Shown: positions 1-9,144, counted from the stretch's first letter. The stretch: DNA of 64,000 nucleotides from Bacteroidales bacterium UBA3543 (GCA_002376715.1 DFOK01000110.1:67-64066), one strand, 5' to 3'. The notes: a model not told the origin generated them from the sequence alone. Made by a program: numbers and translations.

Positions 1-2
1 TC

Positions 3-293
3 CAATTTAATCTAAAGGCCTCCAATGGCGAGATAATACTAACCAGCGAAGGTTACAAGACCAAGGCAGCTTGCCTCAACGGAGTTGAATCTGTAAAGAA
101 AAACAGCGTTGAAGAGGCAAGATACGATAAGAAAGTAGCTTCAAACGGCAAGCCTTTCTTCAATCTCAAGGCCACTAACGGTCAGATAATTGGAAGCAGC
201 CAGATGTACGCATCCGAAAGGACCAGGGACAATGGCATAGCATCCGTTATGAAACATGCTCCTGAAGCTAAAATTGTAGAGCTTCTGGACTAA
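3..293 (+). CDS. YegP-family (DUF1508) protein, 5' end outside window
   Basis: Frame is open from the window edge to TAA at 291-293. Translation shows two tandem DUF1508-like units (FNLKASNGEIILTSEGYKTKAACLNGVESVKKN and FFNLKATNGQIIGSSQMYASERTRDNGIASVMKH). Confidence 0.75.
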   Translation, partial: QFNLKASNGEIILTSEGYKTKAACLNGVESVKKNSVEEARYDKKVASNGKPFFNLKATNGQIIGSSQMYASERTRDNGIASVMKHAPEAKIVELLD

Positions 294-363
294 AATTTAG
301 GGCGTCTGCTTCGCCGAAGGGGCAGACCATAACCAAGGCTCCCGCCGAGGGGATGCTGTTAAA

Positions 364-386
364 ACGGCCCATCAGGGCCGTTTTTC
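364..386 (+). terminator. Rho-independent terminator after the YegP-like gene
   Basis: Hairpin ACGGCCC-atca-GGGCCGT followed by TTTTT, about 70 nt after the stop codon. Confidence 0.7.
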
Positions 387-390
387 TGTT

Positions 391-470
391 GCGGGTTGCA
401 AGGTGCGCGTTGCGAGGTACGGATGTGGTGCGGGGGTATGGATGTGGAAGTATTTGGTGAGTGACTGCGT
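391..470. repeat. Strand-asymmetric intergenic element, G/T-rich on + strand
   Basis: gcgggttgcaaggtgcgcgttgcgaggtacggatgtggtgcgggggtatggatgtgg is the reverse-complement flavour of the GTAACNCGCAMC/ACTAC family seen at 9 other sites. Confidence 0.6.
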
Positions 471-547
471 ATATATAATAGAATGGGGGGCAATGAGACT
501 AAAACAAACAAAATACACTATCGTTACACTGCTAATAATTGAAAGTC

Positions 548-1180
548 ATGTTTAGAAAATTTCACATTATCATCTGGCTTGTGGCCTTACTGTCTGTTTG
601 GTCCTGCCAGCATTTTTTTGATGACGACTTTAAAGGGGCAACCGTATTGTCCGAAATATCTACATCCAACGATGGTGATTTAATCTCAAAATTAACAACG
701 AACTGGATCCCCGGCCACCTGTTTAAAGATGTAAGTGAGGACTATGTCGTTTTTTCTCAAGTAGGATTATTAGGGATAACCCACAAGGATGGAAAATCTA
801 CTACAGGTTATATTAATATGAGTATGGTTCCTAAAAAATATCAGGATTATGCCGGAGAAGCCCCGTCAGAACATTATCGGGTTTCCATAAACTTAAACAA
901 AATATCGTTTAAAGAGGATGGGGCTAGCTATTCTATAGCTGCGAAGAAGATTAAAACCCAGGTTCATTTCGATTCAGGCGCCGGTTGTATCATAATTAGA
1001 AACACTGTTCCAGCTACCGTTTCCGTTTCCGGAAAACTTAATGCACAGGAGCAAACTACCAGGTCCGGTCTCCATCTTGTGGGAGATGTCGCAGTATCAG
1101 TAAAACTCTCCTCAAATGAAGTTATTTCGCTTAAATTTACCGACCTCTATTATAATATGGGTATCGCTTACTACTATTAA
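548..1180 (+). CDS. Hypothetical lipoprotein
   Basis: ORF 539..1180 starts at TTG; ATG at 548 gives MFRKFHIIIWLVALLSVWSCQ, a signal peptide with a lipobox-like Cys. No recognisable catalytic motif. Confidence 0.55.
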   Translation: MFRKFHIIIWLVALLSVWSCQHFFDDDFKGATVLSEISTSNDGDLISKLTTNWIPGHLFKDVSEDYVVFSQVGLLGITHKDGKSTTGYINMSMVPKKYQDYAGEAPSEHYRVSINLNKISFKEDGASYSIAAKKIKTQVHFDSGAGCIIIRNTVPATVSVSGKLNAQEQTTRSGLHLVGDVAVSVKLSSNEVISLKFTDLYYNMGIAYYY

Positions 1181-1255
1181 GGCGCACCTCGAACCCCACA
1201 CTGCATAACACGCAACCCGTAACTCGTAACACGTACCCCGTAACACGCACCCCTA
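1181..1255. repeat. Strand-asymmetric G-poor intergenic element (GTAACNCGCAMC units)
   Basis: cgtaactcgtaacacgtaccccgtaacacgcacc at 1218-1251. It fills the gap between two convergent stop codons (1180 and 1253). Confidence 0.7.
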
Positions 1256-2689
1256 TAAAGTGGGTGAGCCGGGTATGAAGCGTACAGGTTGAGTAGGGAT
1301 AAAAAAGTAACCGCTTCGAGTATCGGCAGTTATCGGCATAGGTGCCGACCATGCTTTTTTCACATCATTGCGCATAAAATCCTCCATATTGAACGGATCG
1401 TTCGGGATAGGAACCACTTCAAAAGTCCCCGAAGCGGATTGATACAGATAATCATATAACCGGACACCGGCTGCACGCCGCAACAACAATTTTACGATGC
1501 TTTCACGGCTCGGAGCGTTGTAGTAAGGACGATTATCTACCATGCAACTACGCTCTTCCGGCCTCCAAACACCCCGTTCATAAAAATAGGCACCCTCATA
1601 ATAACCTACTGCCTGATATCCGGGCAGCGTATAATAATGCGCCCACGGAGCCTGCTCTTTGTCACCGCTGATATCGACATTGAAAGCATAACCGTAATAT
1701 TTTCTCTCTTGCAGTTCCTTTTTATGACGGTAAGGCGAAGAACCTGATCCATCTTCCGGCAATGTCTCTCCGGGGTGTGTTACATATTCATCGACGAGTC
1801 GCCCGAAGCCATGGCCACCGGCCTCATGATGAATCAAGTCAGCCAACCTGGAATAGCTCCCAACCGCTGTTCGACAAACCGGACAAAGTGCAAGTGCCGA
1901 TCCATCTCCGTATTGCCAGCAAAGGCCTCCATAACGGTCAATATTTGCCAAAAGAATAAATAACGTATTTCTCATACGCTCCTCGGTCATACCGGGAATG
2001 CGCCTCGCAGCCTGAAACACCAAATTAGGATTGTCCATAGCCATGACATACGGTTCATCAAAACGGACACCAAAAGTGGTGCGTACTTTAGTGTTTTTAT
2101 CACTTTCCGTAATCCCGCTTTCCGGCGAAAAAACCACAAATTGCGCTACCCGAAAATAGGAACGGTAAGTGCTGAAGGGTTCGACTGAAAAAAAAGCCTC
2201 CATGGCATCTTGCGCATCTCGATTAAAAGAACCCTGTGAGCCATAATCAATCGCGGAATAGCCATCACCCATAATAATCACTTCGTTGGGATAGGTGCCT
2301 TGCGTATGCTTCTGCAGAACCGTATAAGTATAGTCAATTACATCCAACGGTTGTTGGATCACGGTTAAAGTCAAAGTGCGGTTACCACATTTAATAATCA
2401 CCTCCGTTTGGCGAATCCTCTTATCATTGGGCTTCGCCTGGCAGGTCAATTCCATTTCTTGCGCTTCCTGCCCAGAAAGCGGCGTAATCTGCAGCCATGT
2501 AGCATCACTTGGTACCTCGATAGTCCACGGAACATTGCTGGAGAGGTACACCTTATGCGGAGCACCGGTATAGGCCAATTCAATGCTCGGTTCGCTCAAT
2601 GTGCAAATTATCTCCTTTTGACAAGCACATAGCAAAGCCAAGAAACCAAGCCCTAGCCCCAGCAACATTATACGTTTCATAAAATTCAT
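1253..2689 (-). CDS. M64-family (IgA-peptidase-like) metallopeptidase lipoprotein with N-terminal BACON-like domain
   Basis: 478-aa ORF with lipoprotein signal LLGLGLGFLALLCACQ. N-terminal Ig-like segment PWTIEVPSDATWLQITPLSG resembles BACON. Zinc motif HHEAGGHGFGRLVDEY is typical of peptidase M64. Confidence 0.7.
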   Translation of the reverse strand: MNFMKRIMLLGLGLGFLALLCACQKEIICTLSEPSIELAYTGAPHKVYLSSNVPWTIEVPSDATWLQITPLSGQEAQEMELTCQAKPNDKRIRQTEVIIKCGNRTLTLTVIQQPLDVIDYTYTVLQKHTQGTYPNEVIIMGDGYSAIDYGSQGSFNRDAQDAMEAFFSVEPFSTYRSYFRVAQFVVFSPESGITESDKNTKVRTTFGVRFDEPYVMAMDNPNLVFQAARRIPGMTEERMRNTLFILLANIDRYGGLCWQYGDGSALALCPVCRTAVGSYSRLADLIHHEAGGHGFGRLVDEYVTHPGETLPEDGSGSSPYRHKKELQERKYYGYAFNVDISGDKEQAPWAHYYTLPGYQAVGYYEGAYFYERGVWRPEERSCMVDNRPYYNAPSRESIVKLLLRRAAGVRLYDYLYQSASGTFEVVPIPNDPFNMEDFMRNDVKKAWSAPMPITADTRSGYFFIPTQPVRFIPGSPTL

Positions 2690-2787
2690 ATAGTTTTTCT
2701 TTTGTTAGTAATCTGCTAAAGAATGATAAACCGCCGGCACTAAATTTAAATGCTTATATTTGCCCGAGTCATAATAAATATCTCATA

Positions 2788-2973
2788 ATGAGAACTGAAA
2801 TTTGTCCTCGCTGCGGCGCCTCTTTCGAATGCTATCATGACACCCACTCGCACAACGATTGCTGGTGCACACGCCTTACACTTCCTCCGGCCGTTTTGAA
2901 ACAATTACAGCATCAGTGGCCCGGTAAATGTCTCTGCAAAAAATGTCTGGAGGAGTTAGTCGTTGGCCTTTAG
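2788..2973 (+). CDS. Cysteine-rich CWC-family small protein
   Basis: 61-aa ORF MRTEICPRCGASFECYHD...NDCWCTRL...CLCKKCL, the Cys pattern of the Cys_rich_CWC family. Confidence 0.6.
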   Translation: MRTEICPRCGASFECYHDTHSHNDCWCTRLTLPPAVLKQLQHQWPGKCLCKKCLEELVVGL

Positions 2974-3102
2974 CTGTTGGCTGTTAACCTTTAACACCTA
3001 CTGCTTAACCTCCGCAACCCGAACCTCGCCATCCAACCCCTCAACCCAAACCTCGCACCAACTCACTACATACTACACACTACATACTACATACTCAAAA
3101 CT
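2974..3102. repeat. Strand-asymmetric G-poor intergenic element, largest copy
   Basis: By hand count, about 5 G in the last ~100 nt. It reads ccgcaacccgaacctcgcc...cctcgcacc, then cactacatactacacactacatactacatactc, and ends at the stop of the minus-strand S41 peptidase gene. Confidence 0.75.
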
Positions 3103-4710
3103 CTACTTCCACCTGTCAAGGGCCTGGTATAGTCCCTGATCATCTCTCAGACGGATATTGTATTCTGAACCTCGCAAATAGTATTTTACCAAAATTTCTT
3201 CTTCCAGAAGAGGAACTATCTCCTCTTTCTTAATACGCAGCATAGTCTCCTTGTCCACCTTGATACGTGCGGATAGAGCATCAATTTCGCTCTTGTACAC
3301 ATCGTAGAGTCCGTCCTGCTTTGCCGCCTTTATCAACTGGTCAAGTGCAGACTCTGCGGAACTGCGGATGTCAAATTCGCGGGTTCCGGCATAACGGATA
3401 AAGTCTTCGTACTCCCCATCAGTGAGATGGAACTCAGCGGCGGGAGCTATGGAGAGATTCTTTTTGAAATATTCGATTGCGTAATCGCCGAGAATATCAT
3501 TGTAAACAAGAGAATATGCGGGACGGCTATAAGACCTGGCCGGCACAATAAGATCGGGAGTGATACCGCCACCATCGAAAACGCTGCGGCCAAGGCGTGT
3601 CTTGAACTCACGTTTCAGACTGTCGGGTACATTCCCCACGCTGCCATCCTCATTGCGGTGGCTATAATCGATGGCTTGGACACATCTGCCGCTGGGAGTA
3701 TAATATTTCCCCGAGGTAATCTTAACCTTACCGTCATAGAGAGTGGGTTTGATGGACTGAATAAGTCCCTTCCCGAAAGTTCTCCTGCCGGCTATGGCTC
3801 CTCTGTCCAAATCCTGGAATGCTCCGGCAACAATCTCCGATGAAGAGGCTGAACCGCTGTCCACCATTACGAGTACGGGGATTAGCGTATCAATAGGGGG
3901 AGTGGTTGTGTAATACTCTTCATTCATCCTCTCTTCACGTCCTCTAGAGGAGAGTACATGAGTACCTTCCGGTACAAATAGCGACATAAGCGATACCGCT
4001 TCTTCCATAATACCCCCACCGTTGCCCCTGAGGTCGATTACCAGGCGTTTTGCGCCCTTCTCTTTCAAGGCCATTACACTCTCCTTAAACTGAAGATGCA
4101 TATTTTGAGTAAATCCCGTCAGTACTATATAGCCGATGGAATCCCTGATAATCTCCGCATAAGCAATATCGGAAACACGGATTCTCTCACGGGTGACGGT
4201 AATATCCACCGTATCGAGGGTACGACCTCGGATCACGGTAAAAATCACATTTGTACCGGGCTGTCCCTTCATCTTGGCGGCACTCTGAGCGGAGGTTTCT
4301 CCATAGACCGATACTCCGTCGATGGCTATAATCACATCTCCGGGGACCATGCCCGCCTTTACTGCAGGAGAACCCGGATAAGGCTCGACAATCAGCACTC
4401 CGCTGTCGGGACTCTTCTTGATAAGAGAACCGATGCCTCCGTAGGCACCCGTCGTCATCATTTCAAAATCTTCTCCCTCCTCTTCCGGAATGTATGTAGT
4501 ATAGGGATCGAGCGACTGGAGCATCGCTTTGATACCGACGGGTATGATTTTACCATAATCTATGGTGTCAACATAAGATTTGGAGAGCTCTTTCAGTATC
4601 GAATACTGAATCTCCATATTCTGTCCTAATTTGAAGTCGCCGGACTGCGCAAATAAGGTCACTGATACCAAAATTGCGAATGTAACCGCGATGGTTTTGA
4701 AAAATTTCAT
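3103..4710 (-). CDS. ctp: S41-family C-terminal processing (tail-specific) peptidase
   Basis: ORF 3103..4740; ATG at 4710 gives MKFFKTIAVTFAILVSVTLFAQ signal. It has a PDZ-like segment (GDVIIAIDG) and S41 motifs (DLRGNGGG, SASSSEIVAGAFQD, GKG). Confidence 0.85.
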   Translation of the reverse strand: MKFFKTIAVTFAILVSVTLFAQSGDFKLGQNMEIQYSILKELSKSYVDTIDYGKIIPVGIKAMLQSLDPYTTYIPEEEGEDFEMMTTGAYGGIGSLIKKSPDSGVLIVEPYPGSPAVKAGMVPGDVIIAIDGVSVYGETSAQSAAKMKGQPGTNVIFTVIRGRTLDTVDITVTRERIRVSDIAYAEIIRDSIGYIVLTGFTQNMHLQFKESVMALKEKGAKRLVIDLRGNGGGIMEEAVSLMSLFVPEGTHVLSSRGREERMNEEYYTTTPPIDTLIPVLVMVDSGSASSSEIVAGAFQDLDRGAIAGRRTFGKGLIQSIKPTLYDGKVKITSGKYYTPSGRCVQAIDYSHRNEDGSVGNVPDSLKREFKTRLGRSVFDGGGITPDLIVPARSYSRPAYSLVYNDILGDYAIEYFKKNLSIAPAAEFHLTDGEYEDFIRYAGTREFDIRSSAESALDQLIKAAKQDGLYDVYKSEIDALSARIKVDKETMLRIKKEEIVPLLEEEILVKYYLRGSEYNIRLRDDQGLYQALDRWK

Positions 4711-4799
4711 CTTCTCTCTACTGTTTTTAAAACTTTGCAAAAGTAATCATTTAATCATTTTGTTCATATCTTTGAGGCCAATTATCAGAATCATCAGGT

Positions 4800-5390
4800 A
4801 TGGAAATAGTGTTTGCCACAGGCAATGCCAACAAACTGGCCGAGGCCCAAAGGGTATTGGGCAAGAAATTTCACCTTGTGATGCCCTCGGAACTGGGATT
4901 TGACGGGGAACTCCCCGAAACCCACGAAACTCTATACGAAAATGCCGTTGAAAAGGCACTCTTTGTCTGGAATAAATTTCAGAAAAATTGTTTTGCCGAT
5001 GACACCGGACTCGAAGTGGACGCTCTTGGAGGAGCACCCGGAGTACATTCCGCACGCTATGCCGGCGAACCCAAATCTCCACCTGACAATATAAGAAAAC
5101 TGCTCAAAGAACTTGAAGGCGTACCTGCCGAAAAGCGTACCGCAAGGTTCAGGTGCGTCGTTGCGCTAATAGAGGAAGGAGTGTTGCACACCTTTGAAGG
5201 GATCTGCGAAGGCCACATCACCACCACTCTACACGGCTTTGACGGCTTCGGATATGACCCGATCTTCAGGCCGCTCGGTATGAATGCCACTATGGCGGAA
5301 ATCTCCCTTGAAGAGAAAAATTCCCTCTCACATAGAGGCAAAGCGATGGAAAAACTCCTATGTCACTTATCTGCAAATCCCAGGCGATAG
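4800..5390 (+). CDS. rdgB: Non-canonical purine NTP pyrophosphatase (RdgB/HAM1 family)
   Basis: 196 aa, MEIVFATGNANKLAEA..., FGYDPIF and SHRGKA motifs. Confidence 0.9.
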   Translation: MEIVFATGNANKLAEAQRVLGKKFHLVMPSELGFDGELPETHETLYENAVEKALFVWNKFQKNCFADDTGLEVDALGGAPGVHSARYAGEPKSPPDNIRKLLKELEGVPAEKRTARFRCVVALIEEGVLHTFEGICEGHITTTLHGFDGFGYDPIFRPLGMNATMAEISLEEKNSLSHRGKAMEKLLCHLSANPRR

Positions 5391-6097
5391 TACTTCATCT
5401 CACAAAGTACGGCGATTCGGGTCTCATAGCACACGTGCTCGACAGCAGACTCGGACGTCGCGGCATCTATTTGCGCGGCATGAAAAAGAGCAAAAACAGT
5501 GCCGTCACCGCTCACTTTCACAACCTTGCACTACTGGAGGTGGTCACTGCTGCCTCAACTAAAAGCAAACTGCTCTATCTGCGGGAATACCACCCCCTGG
5601 TTCAACTCCACTCCATAAGGACCGATATAAGCAAAGGTGCCATCGCACTATTTGTCAGTGAAGTAATCTACCGTACTCTCAGGGAGGAAAGCGGAGACGA
5701 AGAACTCTTTGAATGGCTCAAGGGTATGATATCGACTCTGGAAGCCCTTGAGGGCAATTGCGCCAACTTTCATCTGAAATTTCTCGCCGGATTTTGCAGG
5801 CAGATGGGGTTTCTGCCTCATGACAATTGGTCGGAGCAGACTCCGTTGTTTGACATAATCTCTGCAAGATTTGTCACGCCGGACTCCTCTAACGACTCCG
5901 GATATCTCTTCTCAGAGCAGGACTCCCTGCTGCTTCACCGACTTTTGAGTGCCGACTTCAATGAAGCTATGCAAATCCCGCTAAATGCCAAGGCAAGGAA
6001 CAGTTTTTGCGATCAGATGTTGAAGTATCTGAGCTATTGGCTGGAAACATCCATCAACATCCGTTCGGTAGCGGTACTTCACACTATTTTTGCATAA
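5360..6097 (+). CDS. recO: DNA repair protein RecO
   Basis: 245 aa. N-terminal OB-fold pattern KSQAIVLHLTKYGDSGLIAHVLD; overlaps the rdgB 3' end by 31 nt. Confidence 0.8.
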   Translation: MSLICKSQAIVLHLTKYGDSGLIAHVLDSRLGRRGIYLRGMKKSKNSAVTAHFHNLALLEVVTAASTKSKLLYLREYHPLVQLHSIRTDISKGAIALFVSEVIYRTLREESGDEELFEWLKGMISTLEALEGNCANFHLKFLAGFCRQMGFLPHDNWSEQTPLFDIISARFVTPDSSNDSGYLFSEQDSLLLHRLLSADFNEAMQIPLNAKARNSFCDQMLKYLSYWLETSINIRSVAVLHTIFA

Positions 6098-6119
6098 CTT
6101 TGTTATAAATAATCGACAT

Positions 6120-7637
6120 ATGTCTCTCATCAATAAAATATATCTCTCCTGTGCACACGGGATGCTCAAGGGGCTGGACCGCACCAGGAAATATCCTTTC
6201 GAAGTACAGAAAGAAGTGTTTGCAACTCTTCTGAAGGGAGGTGCGGATACTATTTTTGGCTCAGAGCACGGCTTTTCGAAGATCAACTCGATCCAAGATT
6301 TTCAGCGTCAGGTACCGGTTCGTGATTATAATGCGCTATACCCCTATATCGAACGGCTGCGTTTCGGTGAAAATTATGTACTTTGGAATGAAAAAACCCA
6401 CTTTTTTGCTAAAAGCTCGGGAACAAGTTCAGGCAAGAGCAAGTTTATCCCCATTACTCATACCAACCTCCGGGAATGTCATTACGGAGGGATGCTGCGA
6501 ATGCTGGCCAACTATGTGCAAAATTATCCGGACTCACGAATTTATTCCGGTAAGTCAATCACTCTAGGAGGTAGCGTAGCACCCGATTTTGGCGGAAGAA
6601 ATTTCAGTGGCGACCTCTCAGCAATACTTCTGCGCAACTCACCCGCTTTGGCGGAATTATTACGCATACCAAACAAAAAAATAGCGATGATGCACGATTT
6701 CCACGAAAAGGTGGAGATTATTTGTCGCAAATACAGTAAGGCCAATGTGACAAACTTTGCCGGAGTACCCTCCTGGAACCTTATTATGCTCCGCCGTGTA
6801 ATGGAGTATAACAATGTACGTTGGCTGACTGACGTGTGGCCTAACCTGGAGTTGTTTATGCACGGAGGTATAAGTTTTGAGCCCTACAGAGCACAGTACG
6901 ACGCTATTATTCCTCCCGGTTCGGTGCGTTATTTTGAGAATTACAATGCTTCCGAGGGATACTTCGCTTTTCAAGATGATCCTGAAGATAAATCTATGCT
7001 GCTGACACTCGACAACGGAGTCTTCTATGAATTCACTACTCTCAAAGAGCTCTCCGATGCAATGGAAAACGGACGACCCGTACCCACTCTTACTGTTGAC
7101 GAGGTACAGACCAATGTGCCATACGCTGTCATAATATCAACTACAGCCGGTTTGTGGCGCTATCTTATAGGCGATGTGATAACATTTACCTCGCTCACTC
7201 CCCACAAGGTGGTTATTTCCGGCAGGACCCAACTCTTCATTAATGCCTTCGGAGAGGAATTGATGATTGGCAATGCCAACACGGCTTTGGCAGCTGCCTG
7301 CAAGATGCACAATGCTACGGTAAGTGATTTTACCGTCGCTCCGATCTTTATGGAAGGAGAGTCAAAAGGTGCCCACCAATGGGTGATTGAATTTGAAAAT
7401 GCACCCGAAGATGTGGAGGCTTTTGCCGATACTCTGGATGAGGAGCTCTGCGCCTGCAATTCCGATTATGAGGCAAAACGCACTCATACCATGACAATGG
7501 AGCGGCTCCACCTGGCAGTTGTCCCTGAGGGAACATTTTATCGCTGGATGGAGTCACGCGGCAAAATAGGCGGCCAAAACAAAGTCCCCCGTCTCTACAG
7601 CGACCGCCGCTATGTGGATGAAATCCTTCGGATTTAG
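6120..7637 (+). CDS. GH3 auxin-responsive-promoter family protein (acyl-adenylate-forming superfamily)
   Basis: ORF 6090..7637 starts at TTG; ATG at 6120. Motifs FAKSSGTSSGKSKFIPIT and the length (about 505 aa) are typical of Bacteroidetes GH3-family proteins. Confidence 0.8.
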   Translation: MSLINKIYLSCAHGMLKGLDRTRKYPFEVQKEVFATLLKGGADTIFGSEHGFSKINSIQDFQRQVPVRDYNALYPYIERLRFGENYVLWNEKTHFFAKSSGTSSGKSKFIPITHTNLRECHYGGMLRMLANYVQNYPDSRIYSGKSITLGGSVAPDFGGRNFSGDLSAILLRNSPALAELLRIPNKKIAMMHDFHEKVEIICRKYSKANVTNFAGVPSWNLIMLRRVMEYNNVRWLTDVWPNLELFMHGGISFEPYRAQYDAIIPPGSVRYFENYNASEGYFAFQDDPEDKSMLLTLDNGVFYEFTTLKELSDAMENGRPVPTLTVDEVQTNVPYAVIISTTAGLWRYLIGDVITFTSLTPHKVVISGRTQLFINAFGEELMIGNANTALAAACKMHNATVSDFTVAPIFMEGESKGAHQWVIEFENAPEDVEAFADTLDEELCACNSDYEAKRTHTMTMERLHLAVVPEGTFYRWMESRGKIGGQNKVPRLYSDRRYVDEILRI

Positions 7638-7680
7638 TTACGGGGTGCAGGGTTATAGATTTGGGGCTCTGAGCTTGGCC
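7637..7680. repeat. Short G/T-rich member of the post-stop element family
   Basis: ttacggggtgcagggttatagatttggggctctgagcttgg begins at the stop codon of the GH3-family gene. Confidence 0.4.
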
Positions 7681-7681
7681 A

Positions 7682-7759
7682 ACATTTGGTGGAAAACGGC
7701 AAATTACATAAAAACATTTGGTGGAAAACGGCAAATTGACGAAAAAAATTTGGTGGGGA
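7682..7759 (+). repeat. Two exact 24-bp direct repeats plus a degenerate third copy upstream of the AAA ATPase gene
   Basis: ACATTTGGTGGAAAACGGCAAATT at 7682-7705 and 7714-7737 (32-bp period). A partial AATTTGGTGGGGA at 7747-7759 contains a TTTG in -33 position. Confidence 0.8.
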
Positions 7760-7772
7760 GCTTGAAAAGTTA

Positions 7773-7780
7773 TATTTTTG
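7773..7780 (+). promoter_or_regulatory. Bacteroidetes-type -7 promoter box (TAnnTTTG)
   Basis: TATTTTTG at 7773-7780, with TTTG at 7749-7752 (20-nt spacer), 18 nt before ATG 7798. Confidence 0.5.
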
Positions 7781-7797
7781 CCTAAAAGTCTAAGAAT

Positions 7798-9144
7798 ATG
7801 GCAGAGGATATGATTCATTTCAAGAGAAAGATTTATGACACTATGCTCAAATGGAAAAATGAGCGTAATGGTGATACCGCATTGCTTATACAAGGAGCTC
7901 GCCGTGTTGGTAAATCCACTATTGCGGAAGAGTTTGCACGCAAAGAGTATAAATCGTACATATTGATCGATTTCTCAAAAGTCTCCAAAGAGGTCAGCGA
8001 TTTGTTCAATGATATATCGGATTTGAATTATCTCTTCATCAGGTTGCAATTCATTTTCCAAGTAGAATTGCATGAGCGAGAGTCTGTAATTATTTTCGAC
8101 GAAGTACAGTTGCAACCATTGGCAAGGCAGGCTATCAAACACCTTGTCAAGGATCATAGATATGATTATATTGAAACCGGCTCTTTAATATCCGTAAGAT
8201 CCAAAAGTCGCGATATCATTATTCCAAGTGAAGAAACCAAGGTGAATATGTATCCCATGGACTATGAGGAATTCAGATGGGCATTGGGAGATAATGCAAC
8301 CATACCTTTATTGCGTACGGCATTTGAAAAGAAAATGCCGCTTGGCGATGCTGTTCATAGAAAACTTATGCGTGATTTTCGGTTGTATATGCTTGTGGGA
8401 GGTATGCCTCAAGCTGTTTCCGCATACATTAATACCAATAACTTTACAGCAGTAGATGTGGTTAAACGAGACATCATTGCTCTATATGAAGAGGACTTCG
8501 GTAAGATTGATGATTCGGGAAGAGCAAAAGCTATGTACGATGCCATACCGGCTCAATTAAGCAGAAACAGGTCACGATATCAAGTCGGAAATGCCATCCC
8601 TGAAGAGAAGGTCGATAGGGTAATAAATATCATCAAGGATATGGAAGACTCTATGACAACAAATGTGGCTTACCATGCTGATGACCCCAATGTGGGCTTG
8701 GCATTGACTATGAATCAGGAATATTTCAAGATGTATGCTTCCGATACCGGTCTTTTCGTTACGCTTGCATTTAAGGATAGTGACATAACGGAAAATGTTA
8801 TTTACAAGAAGTTGCTCAGTGACAAACTAAGCGCCAACCTTGGTTATGTATATGAAAATGTGATTGCTCAGATGTTAAAAGCTACCGGCAAAAACTTGTT
8901 CTATCACACCATACCATATGCTGACGGTAAAAAGTATTATGAAGTAGATTTTATAATCACTGACAAACATAAAATTTCACCCATTGAGGTTAAATCATCG
9001 GGGTATAAAACGCACAAATCACTAGACGAATTTTGCGTCAAGTTCTCTGACCGCATAATGAACAAGTATGTGATTTACACAAAAGACTACAGATATGAAA
9101 ACGGGGTACACTATGTACCTGTTTATATGACAATGTTTTTGTAA
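7798..9144 (+). CDS. AAA-family ATPase with DUF4143-type C-terminal domain
   Basis: 448 aa. Walker A GARRVGKST, Walker B-like VIIFDEVQ; overall layout matches the AAA_14/DUF4143 ATP-binding proteins common in Bacteroidales. Confidence 0.8.
   Translation: MAEDMIHFKRKIYDTMLKWKNERNGDTALLIQGARRVGKSTIAEEFARKEYKSYILIDFSKVSKEVSDLFNDISDLNYLFIRLQFIFQVELHERESVIIFDEVQLQPLARQAIKHLVKDHRYDYIETGSLISVRSKSRDIIIPSEETKVNMYPMDYEEFRWALGDNATIPLLRTAFEKKMPLGDAVHRKLMRDFRLYMLVGGMPQAVSAYINTNNFTAVDVVKRDIIALYEEDFGKIDDSGRAKAMYDAIPAQLSRNRSRYQVGNAIPEEKVDRVINIIKDMEDSMTTNVAYHADDPNVGLALTMNQEYFKMYASDTGLFVTLAFKDSDITENVIYKKLLSDKLSANLGYVYENVIAQMLKATGKNLFYHTIPYADGKKYYEVDFIITDKHKISPIEVKSSGYKTHKSLDEFCVKFSDRIMNKYVIYTKDYRYENGVHYVPVYMTMFL

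Noticed and set aside
1137-1352. 71-aa minus-strand ORF, and likewise 29893..30147 (84 aa) and the TTG start of 27729..28439.
   Set aside because: Their reading frames are created by the G-poor repeat elements, giving translations full of V-R-V-T-G-Y/C-V-L-R repeats. They are artefacts of the repeat rather than genes.
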